A stretch of 62,589 nucleotides of DNA, filler included, from Choristocarpus tenellus KU-1152 (Eukaryota; Protista; Phaeophyceae): the NCBI GenBank assembly GCA_964200185.2. It is 11 parts of 11 records of this genome, joined end to end, with 100 filler letters (N's around TTAATTAATTAA, not from the genome) between each part and the next. Parts side by side here need not be neighbours in the genome. Positions count along the whole stretch, not along the records: positions 53,118 to 56,899 come from CAXNAD020017957.1; positions 57,000 to 62,589 come from CAXNAD020010321.1; 9 more parts are not named here. One strand, 5' to 3'. Positions within the stretch are counted from its first letter, which is position 1. The number at the start of each line of letters is the position of its first letter. The notes under the pieces were generated by a model. It was not told the DNA's origin, made no database searches, and saw nothing but the letters and a program-made list of their open reading frames with translations. Shown one piece after another: positions 53,375 to 62,589 of the stretch. The position numbers were made by a program, and so were the translations under genes.

Positions 53375-55325
53375 CTTCACTTTTTCCAGCTCACGCTCCA
53401 GGTGCCTGATCATTGCATCCTAGGAAAAATGCAAGTGATGCTGGGATTGAGGTTTTGGTGGATGTTTCAGGGTGAGTGAACCCTTTGGACCAATGCAACA
53501 TATAGACCGGTCAAAGTATCGTAGAGGGTAGAGCTGTGTCCATTTGGGGGTCAAAATCCAATCTTGCAATTTTGATGGGGTTTTTGCTATTGTGTTTGTT
53601 AGCATGCGTCAACATCCTTGTACCTCTAAGATACTTTCGTTCAGACCATATCTATTGGGATAAATGTATTGCCTTTTGTACCAAGCCCCGTACCACTTAA
53701 ACCTGTCATGACTCATAGACGCTACGCTCAGGGGAGGGCATTTCCTTTTGCAGGGAAGAGTGCGATATCAAAGCAGGGAAGAGTTCACAATGCATATATG
53801 CTTACCATTTCGAGGATCACTGTTTAATGCTAGTATAATTTGTCTTAAGTATTGCTTCTTGCTGGTGTTGCCTTATTGCTTTGCTCCAATGTTTGCCCTG
53901 GAGTTGGATTCTCTCCCGTCACAAATATTGAAATCGAGTCATGAAACATTGACACATCCCAGGGCATCTATGCAGTACTCTCTTGCACCCTCGTGCTTGT
54001 CCCCTCCCACCCCCCAACTGCCCTTGACCAGACTGTATAATCTTCTGACCTTCCGAACAATGCTCCTTTGCGACGACTTGACTGTATATGCTGTGCTGTG
54101 GAGATGTCTTACCAGTCCTGCCGAGCGATACCTCTCCATCCACAAGCATTGCAGCAACAACTGTACAGGACAATCGCAGCAAGCCAAACCAGTACGAGAG
54201 GAACACAGTAGGCACTGCAGTTTGAGTCAAAGCTTTTTAAGAGGGTAGGAGTTTTGCCCTATTTGTCCATTTGGGGCTTGGCTTCCTATGGGTTTTTTAT
54301 GCCCTTTTTCGGTTTTCTGCGTGACAATAGTTGCCAAAAATGTGTATATTATGAAAAGGTGTGTCCGGAGCAAGGATACTGACACTTCCTAACAAACACG
54401 GTAGCAAAAAATTCATCAAAATTGCAACATTGGATTTTGACCCCCAAATGGACACGGCTCTACCCTCTACAATACTTCGGGTCTTTGAATTTGCTGAGGG
54501 GGTAGCACCATAGGAGATTTCTTGTTTTGGGAGAAAATAAGATGTACGTTTGGATTGCGTAGGAGACCAGGATCCAAACCTTTCTATAGAATTTTGGATA
54601 CTAGAACTTCAAAGCCTTGGGTTCATCCCTAACCACATAAAAATGTTCTTCTGGTTGTGCTCTTCATTTCATATGTTCCCAGAATTTTATGAGGGAAAAG
54701 AGATAATAGTTTGGGAAATGTCATTTGACATTCATTCTCTTCCTTTCATGTTCCGCTATTTGAATATTTCATACTTGTGTCCATCATTTTTTATTTTGCT
54801 AATGATCTTCTTCTACGAGAGGCGGGATGTGTGTGGACTAGAAGTGAATACTCTTTTTTTATTCTTGAGCATTCCTTTTTGGTGTATTGTTGGGGAAGGT
54901 ATGAGGGTGACTGCCATGATGATGATGATCACAATAGTCCTTTGATTGTCCTTGGGTATAAAATCTCCTTTTTGACAGTGAAAATGGACTATCACAACAC
55001 CAAATTCTGTTTAGTTACAAAACGGGCCTTTCTGAATATTGGAGGAATAGCATTTTGTACCCTCAAACATGTTGGGTCCAGCTTGCATAGGTTGTCAATA
55101 TCCTCAAGATAATTGATTGTCCCTCTCCCCTCACTTCATTCCATACTGTAGGAAGCGGAAACACCAAGATCTCACCAGATGTCGGGCAGATGGACACTGT
55201 TTTGTTCTAGTAATCTCTGCTGTCCTCCTTCCCCACTTCCCACTGGCTGTACTGGTCTTGTCTTCATCCATGTCTTGCCATGGGCTACCTTGGGTGTTAG
55301 CAATCTCTACCAAGTCTCTGCTTGC
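53375..55325 (-). CDS. Hypothetical coiled-coil protein, partial; exons 55325-55176, 54160-54113, 53419-53375
   Basis: Three phase-0 exons (150, 48, 45 nt) with YAG acceptors and GTRAG donors joining as ...KQCPSARHL-LLLQCLWMERYRSAGL-DAMIRHLERELEKVK; family not recognised. Confidence 0.5.
53508..53642 (-). mobile_element. MITE family A, internally deleted (135 bp)
   Basis: Both termini present; exact 4-bp TSD AGAC. Confidence 0.85.
54224..54483 (+). mobile_element. MITE family A (A2 variant)
   Basis: TIRs; 3-bp TSD TTT. Confidence 0.88.
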
Positions 55326-55582
55326 CTGGGACAAAACGGTTTGAGGCAGGCAAAAGACCTGGATGAGCATTTATTTTATGCAAAGCTGCGGAGAGGTTGC
55401 TTTATATTTTCAGTTCTAGTGAAATCACAGAGTTTCAGTGAGGATTTTGAAACCTAATACCAAAAACGTTATCCTTGACGCTTGCAGGAATGTTACCACC
55501 ACGCTCTCTTCGTACAAGTCAGATAAAGGGTTTGTACTTGGCAGGTAGGGGGCAATATTTGCACCGGCAAGCACTGGCAAGT

Positions 55583-55864
55583 GATTCAAAGCATTTCAGA
55601 AGGGAGGAGTTTACCCCCTTTTGTCCATTCGGGACTTGACTGTCCCCTTTTTTTTTTTGCTCATATCTCAGTTTTCTGTGAACACAGTTACCTACTCTGA
55701 AACATTTCAGAGTAGATAAAATGTACACGACTATGAAAGGCATGTCCATAGCAAGGATATTGATGTTTGCTAACAAACGCGATAGCCAAAATTTCATCAA
55801 AATAGCAACTTTGGATTTATGACCCCGAACGGATGCAGCCCTACCCTCTGAAATGCTTTGAATC
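55583..55864 (+). mobile_element. MITE family A (A2 variant)
   Basis: GATTCAAAGCATTTCAGA...TCTGAAATGCTTTGAATC; flanks AAGT/AATT. Confidence 0.88.
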
Positions 55865-56235
55865 AATTTTTTTGTATTTTGTCCCCACTGCCTCTCTCTT
55901 TGTGAAGTTTTTCCTCTGCCTTAGTCCTTTGTGATGCTACTGATTATATCGCCCCCTATATTCTGCTCTGCTTATTTCATCAATGAGTGAATCGGAGCAA
56001 ATACAAACTTGTCAGATTATGTGCGTAATCACAGAAATTAAAAACAGCACCACACGTTCTGATTTACACATAGTGAGGAATCTACTCTCTGTGGTGTTGA
56101 AGCCTGACTCATGAGTGCGTTATGCTGAGCGACTCCATTTTTCGAAGGAACGATCCTGGATACAACAACCTATCCAAATTGCATAGAAAATCGAGTACTT
56201 GGTCGTGAAGAAAAGTGTAATATCATGTAAGAAAT

Positions 56236-56494
56236 GAGCCAAAGTATCTTAGAGGGTAGAGCCGCGTCCATTTGAGAGCCACAATCCATGTTGCGATTTT
56301 GATGTAAATTTTGCTATCGTGTTTGTTAGGAAGTGTCAATATCTATGTTCCGCACACACCTTTTTCATAATGTACACACTATACCTACTCCTAAACACTT
56401 TGGAGTAGGAAAAATTCGTAAAGGAACCCATGGGAAGCCAATCCCCAAATGGACAAAAAGGGGAAAACTCGTACCCTCTAAGATACTTTTACTC
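56236..56494 (-). mobile_element. MITE family A (reverse)
   Basis: TIRs; exact 4-bp TSD AAAT. Confidence 0.92.
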
Positions 56495-56667
56495 AAATGG
56501 AGTGAGGATATTTCCTACTCATTACACAGGTGTTTGTTTGCTTGGTGTGCTGAGCAAAAATATGATACCACAGTCAGCAACTAGCCGTTCTATTGTGGAG
56601 GGATAAGGGCATATTGAACTGTGTCCTAGTAGTGAATATTTCATTTTTGACACTTCTATGAAGTGGA

Positions 56668-56850
56668 GGCTTAAAGTATCTGCTGGGGTGTGTGTGTGGC
56701 GGCTGTCCATTTGGGGTCAATTTTTTCATGTCGCGATTTTTGGGTGATTTGGTTTGCATATGTCCAGTGGATAATGTAAGTGCACTTTTCCTGGTTATGG
56801 CCCAAATGGACAACCTGGTGTAGACCCCCCCCCCCCACCCCCCACCCCAC
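56668..56850 (+). mobile_element. MITE family B, right end lost in C-run
   Basis: GGCTTAAAGTATCTG...GGCTGTCCATTTGGGG...CCCAAATGGACAACCTGGTGTAGACCCC. Confidence 0.85.
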
Positions 56851-57219
56851 CACACCTCACCTACGCCCCACCCCCACCTCCCCCCTCACCCTCCAACACN
56901 NNNNNNNNNNNNNNNNNNNNNNNNNNNNNNNNNNNNNNNNNNNTTAATTAATTAANNNNNNNNNNNNNNNNNNNNNNNNNNNNNNNNNNNNNNNNNNNNT
57001 TTCAGTGATTTGGCTTAGGCAACAAAACAACAAAAAAAACAAACCACCCCCCCCCCCCCCCCCCCCCCCCCCAATTTTTGGAGTAGGCCTATCACACTGA
57101 TCAGTATTTGGCAGGGGTGAGACCAAAGGAAGGAGGTCAGTTCAGGGCTGGGATTCCAACACAATGCTAGTGTGTAATAGCGGAGACATTTAAGGTGAGG
57201 GCATCTTTGTTTCCCCTAC

Positions 57220-59108
57220 CTTTTCTCTGGAGTGCTTCTATCACATTGGTTGTAGCTCCAGGGCCAAACAAAATCGGACGAGTCAACATATGTTGCGCGG
57301 GCCAGGTTTCCCATGAGCCAGATGGCGGGCCATAGACCACCCACATCGGCTTTTCCAGGAAGCTTGGCAGATACCTCCAACACACCGCCAGTAAAGCAGA
57401 ACTTATTCCAGGTCTTCCCGCAATATATATATATATATATTTCCCCCCATATGTATTAAAAAAAACACAAAAAGACAATAAACAATCCAACACAAAGAGG
57501 TAGAGATATAGAGATACTTGTTAGAGAATGGAAACGGCGTCATTAGTATGAAAAACGTGAGCCATAGCGTGACGCAGCGCTAAGGTGAAACATTCATACC
57601 TGGGGCTATCGACAGTAACAAAGACCTGACTGCAAGGTGAGGTTTCACCTGCACCATTCCACTGATGTAGTTCTTCTTCATGGTCTGGAACCTTCTCTTC
57701 GGAGTGTCGAAATACTTAAATGTTATGTCCTTGTTCAACGTGGTGATCTCCAAGCTTCCATTCTTGGTTGTTACCTTTTTATTAGTTGGAAAATAGGCAA
57801 CCACAACAGTTTATGGGTTATGTTCACAAAGGGCATTTTCATACAATGACAGGGGTGGAGTGGGATGCTGATGTAGACTCCAGTAAACTACCTGTGATAT
57901 AAAGGAGCGGATTTACTCTGTACTGGCAGATGCATAGTGTGATGCCCCCTCACTGTTTCACAATCTCAAGAACAGATCATATGGATAGCAGTTGTGATAT
58001 TCGATAGACCAAACCCTGACTCAAACCCCAACCTACACATTAGCACACCAACATAAGAAAAAAATGCTAACATGTCATAGCATGTGTATGTACATCAAAG
58101 TCTTTACCCTGATGGATGGCTTCGAAAGGAGGGGGAGAGAGAGGGGGAGAGAGAGGAAGGGAGAAGGGATTCTACCTAGAATATGTGCTTTTGGCGAAGA
58201 ATCGCCACCCCACCAGAAGTATCAAGACCTTAAACCTGTTGCTCCTCTATGTGTACCATAGTAGGGACAATATATCTACCCTCAATCCAAGCATTTCCTT
58301 GATAAGGTATACGGTGCATATTCCCTCTATGACGTGAGTTCAGACGATGAACAGAGACAAGCCTTCCGAGCAGCAAGTTTGGCAGGTCGGTAGAATTAAA
58401 AGAGAATCTAGGCAGGGGGTATCGTCTATGTAAAAAAGTACAGATGTATTATTTGCAAGGGAAACAGAGTGGGGCAACGGGTGGTGCACAGATATCACCA
58501 CTTCCGTAGGACCCTCCTACTTGTGAAGTACCTCTTAGACTTCTAGGTCCAAGGATCCTCAAGTAGTCGGAAAACACAGTGACACCAAAGAAAGTGAGAG
58601 CGAGGTGAAAGCTCATCCGCATTCACGTTGATTATAGCCTGGTGGAGTGAAAGGGTGGGGTGTGGATACCGCTAAAGAATCATCTTTCCTTCCCTGCCTT
58701 ACAACCCCTAGCGATTGCGCAACAAGGGAGGACTGGAAGTAGCTCACCGATAACCATCAACGCCCCAAGAAAAACTTAGGGTGGATGCGGATGGGCGGTC
58801 AAATCGAGGTCTACGAACCAATCACTCACCAGATCGTGGCTGTAGAATTGTAGGGCATCGTTGGTGTAGTCGTTCTTGTTCATGGCTGTCCACCTTGTAT
58901 CGTGTCCATCTTCGAACGTTCGCCTATCCCGATTGAATTCGTCGCTGAAGACCAGCTCAAAATCTCGATCATTGACAGCATATTTCTTCGTCATATATAC
59001 ATCCTTGGTGTCTGGATCGATCCATCCCGCTTTGACCCTCCCACACCAAGAGAGAAGCATGATAACTGCTGTCGCTATTCGCAACATAACACTCCATCGT
59101 TGAGCCAT
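57220..59108 (-). CDS. KRE6/SKN1-like beta-glucan synthesis-associated GH16 transglycosylase, 3'-partial; exons 59108-58830, 57774-57649, 57413-57220
   Basis: Signal peptide, WIDPDT, LVFSDEF, SGMVQ-TWNKFCFTGGVLEVSAKLPG..GLWPAIWLMGNLARATY..S..WPWSY; phases consistent. Confidence 0.92.
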
Positions 59109-59681
59109 ACTTGCCCCCACAACCCTGCGGTAGCACCACCCCTGCCCCGATCCAAGTCCCTGTCCCAATTACTCCTCAATTTTGAGGTGGCCAACGTCTG
59201 GTTCTCTACAGGCACTACCTTCACTCCCCTCAAAGGAAGATATTCGTTAGTTCTGTACCATCGACAATTCCAGGTTGCTCCACACCTCTTTTCTTTTTGT
59301 TGAATTTTGAGAGTCTGTTCGATGCGCTCACGTTGGCACTACACACTCTCCGTGCAGGACCTCCTAGGATTTACTTCGCAGTACCCTGGAACAATGCGTA
59401 CCTGGTGCAGACCAAGCTTTCCAGAGGTGGAGTTTATGGGGAGTGTACAAGACACTCATGTCAAAGATGTCAATAACTAAATCAAAGAGTCAAACCTTCA
59501 GAAAATTCTGAGGCGTTCATTCTTTTCTTATTGGACAAGGGGTGCGTCATAGGGTTAGGGCGAGTGAGAGGGTGTTCCTAAGTTCCTAAGTTCACGCATC
59601 ACTCCGTCTGCCAATCACCTGCGAGTTCTCACAACAGTCACCTCAACCAGTTAACACTGCGATCAAGACTACAGAAGCAGC
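59109..59681. promoter_or_regulatory. Putative bidirectional promoter/5' UTRs between the GH16 and DPH2 genes
   Basis: Divergent ATGs 573 nt apart; TAGGGTTAGGG at about 59550-59560. Confidence 0.5.
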
Positions 59682-62589
59682 ATGGCAGCAACTGTGAAGA
59701 TCGAGTTTGATGATGGGAGCAGGATCATCTCCCAGACTATCGGTGAGGACGACGATGCAAAATTGGGTGGGCACGACAGGTCTATTGCCTTCTCCATACA
59801 AGACTTCTACGAGGTTAGTGAGAATTAGTGTTTCTCACTTTTTATTGTGATGACTCAAGCATGCATGTTGCCAACAACCTGGTGTTAAGGGGCGTATTTG
59901 TTGCGGTGGAAGGAGATAGTATCTTCCAGTAGGATGCATTGGGACGATATCACAAAAGACGCCCATGTTTGGAGTCATCCATGCTGATTTGCGATTATTG
60001 AAGAACTTCCTGACGTTTCAATTGACATTCTATCATATAAGTTTCCCCTCAACACGCTGTGACCGTGCAATACGACAACCTTTGTTGCATTACTGTTAAG
60101 GCTGTTTCCTCGATTGGAGCTGGGTACAAGAATATCTGTGTTAGTTCGCTCATGTTTTTAATAACTCCAATAGAGTCGTAAGTAACAGAGTTGTGAATGG
60201 GAAAGAAATGTAACTTAACGCTAAGTCTGCGGACTGCAATGTGCGCATCTATTTCCTGTCCATAGGATACGTTGACAGGTTGCACAATCTGGTAGAGAAG
60301 AGGTGTGGAAGTCGTTGTAGGTACTTTGCATAATATGTGTGTTTTACTTCGTTGGTCCTTCGAATGCGATCTATATATATGGTGCTCTTGATGTCATGTG
60401 GCCGTTGAATAGGCATATTATGCCTAATACCTGAAACATGAATGACTGTTCCAGTCCTGAAAGCATGTGTGCGTACACAAGCCATATATGGAGGAAGATA
60501 ATCCGACCCTTTATAGAACCAATGTACAGGAGGTTGTATTGGACAGGGTAGAGACCATGTTATCTTTTCCATAACTGAACATTGTTTTCAACATTATCTT
60601 CACTGCATCGATCTCTCGTCCAGAAAACTTATTGGAGTCATGTAGATTTAAAGTAGGGGGGTTCCCATGTTTGCAACACTCTTTCTGAAACTCTCTCTCC
60701 ATCCTCTTGCCTACTCCTTCTACTCCTACAACGTAAACAAATGTATGTTGGTTTGAGTCAGATTCCCAGAACTGCAGATTTTATCTTGAAGGGGGGATTT
60801 CGAAGGGTAGCTCTACAGTTCCCAGATGCACTGCTCCCGGAGGCCCCAGAAGTGCTCTGGGCACTACAGGGCATGCTGCGCAAAGCAATAGGAGAAGGGA
60901 TGAGATTGGGGGGAGGGGATGTAGGAGATGCAGGTGTGGAGGGATTGGAAGGGTTGCCGTTAATATTTGTGACTGGAGACACTTCTTATGGCTCCTGCTG
61001 TGTGGATGAAGTGTCTGCTCAGCACCTAAAGGCGGATGCCATTGTGCACTATGGTGAGTGCAGTGCCATACAACTCTAGATCTCCCCAGACACACTAAAA
61101 TACTTACTTGTGTTTAAGTGTGGGTGATATTGCACCTTCTACCATCTCACCTCTAATCCATTGTATGCATGTTCATGCATCGACATGTATATAGATACAA
61201 ATGCCCATACGCATATCTCATATTTTCTGGTGCAGAAGAGGATGCAAAAAAAAAAAATGAACTGCATGATGTGGAGCCCTATGGCCATGGGTCGACAATC
61301 CCCAACTGGATGAATGCCCTCACATAAGAGGGGCATTCACCTCCTGATTGAACTGTTCCTGTTGTTGGCAACTTGAGGTAAGGCTTTTTCCTTGACCTCA
61401 TGGTTACGGTTGTTGTTGGTTTGGACGTGTGTGTTTTGCCCTGCCTTTGTCTCTGTTGGAACTCTTACATAAACCCCTGTGCTACCGAGGAGACAGTCAG
61501 CTGACTGCTTTCACAGTACCACAGGGGTTTACTAAAAGTTCTAACAAATGATGCTTTCGTGGGATTGAATATCACTACGGTTACACATCTACCAAAAGGC
61601 AACACACACCACCAGGATACACAACCTCACTTTTGTAACTGCCCCGCCGTAGCTAGTCACTGATTAGGGGGATAGCAACCCTTGGGCAAAACCTCGACAA
61701 GTCTAAGAGCTTGCAATCCCCGGGATTACTTTTTGTTGGAACTGTCAGTATACCCCTGTGGTACTGTGAAAGCAGTCAGCTGACTATCTCCTCAGTAACA
61801 CAAGGGTTCACTAAGAGTTCCAACAGGCTCACCTTCTCAGCAATCACCTCCCCCACATTCCTTCCATGGTGTAGATTCTGTGGAATATGCTTCCACATTA
61901 TATTAACATACACTCTTTTGTCCATGTGGAACAGTTGGATTTTAGTTCTACACATCCTCAAAGCAGTTTTTTTTAGTCATCTGCCCTCATGTGCAGTACA
62001 TATTACTTCTCCAGCTGTTTTCTACAATTCAGTGTGTGTTGTTGTGCTCAAAGGACAGAGTCCATATTCAGCTATAGACTCAACCTTGAACGCAACCACT
62101 GTCTGGACATGTAGTCCTTCAGAGTCTTCACAACACAGTCCAACATCTCCCTCCACCCCCCTTCATTGCACTCTTGACAAACACATATACACATACCGTC
62201 CAGCCCATCTCCGCTCAAAAACAAGCTATACACCAACAGGGAATAAAACGAAACACTCCACAACAATGTCTACGTATCAAGGACAGGTCGTGCTTGCCTC
62301 AGTCCCACAGCAGCTGAAGTACCTGTGTTGTATGTGTTTGGCAAAGGAGACCTGGATGTCCCAGATCTGGCTGCCTGCCTCACAGGCCCGGGTGCCCCTC
62401 TTGCACCACAGCTGCCTTCAACCACTAGTGATGGCACTACTATAGATGCAACAGATTCTGAAGCAGATAGCAACAGCCAGGGTGTTCCAGTGGTTCTGCT
62501 CTATGACACTGTCTACGCTCATGCTATTCCTGCCCTCCTCAAGGTGCTTGATGATGTCAGGGGGGGTGACAGTGATGGTAAGGGAGGAG
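59682..62589 (+). CDS. DPH2: Diphthamide biosynthesis protein 2, 3'-partial; exons 59682-59813, 60762-61053, 62287->62589
   Basis: FYE-IPRTADFI...RVALQFPDALL...[32 protein letters not shown]...PVLYVFG; DPH2-type rather than DPH1-type (ALQMPEG, HSCL). Confidence 0.92.
61454..61825 (+). mobile_element. 372-bp non-autonomous element with palindromic about 92-bp terminal repeats (TRIM-like or Ginger-like), in DPH2 intron 2
   Basis: TGTTGGAACTCTTA...TAAGAGTTCCAACA; flanks GTCTC/GGCTC; repeats 61454-61546 and 61734-61825; PBS-like TGATGCTTTCGTGG at 61549. Confidence 0.82.

Overview
Eukaryotic, intron-rich DNA from a photosynthetic stramenopile (ochrophyte, probably a brown alga or relative; inferred from an LHCF gene and a KRE6-like GH16). 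The window is 11 contigs joined by ten artificial 100-nt linkers (44N-TTAATTAATTAA-44N), so adjacency across gaps means nothing. Host genes reconstructed by hand from splice sites: a partial EF-hand protein, the 3' end of an LHCF, a peroxisomal enoyl-CoA isomerase ending in SRL, an Rpp21/Rpr2-type zinc-ribbon protein, a partial coiled-coil protein, and a head-to-head KRE6/SKN1-like GH16 + DPH2 pair. The rest is mostly mobile DNA. (i) Two abundant MITE families (A about 260 bp, 14 copies; B about 175 bp, about 12 copies or ends) share a GNNNN-AAAGYAT terminus and an inner GTCCATTTGGG inverted motif, and have 4-bp (sometimes 3-bp) TSDs. (ii) A decayed Ty1/Copia element. (iii) A multi-copy, intron-containing, pseudogenised coding family of unknown identity that may be the MITEs' parent. 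(iv) Most unusual: a 372-bp element (61454-61825; second, deleted copy at 17583-17784) with TG...CA ends, a 5-bp TSD, a tRNA-type PBS and no PPT. Its about 92-bp terminal repeats are themselves hairpin palindromes and occur in flip/flop orientations. All alignments were made by eye.
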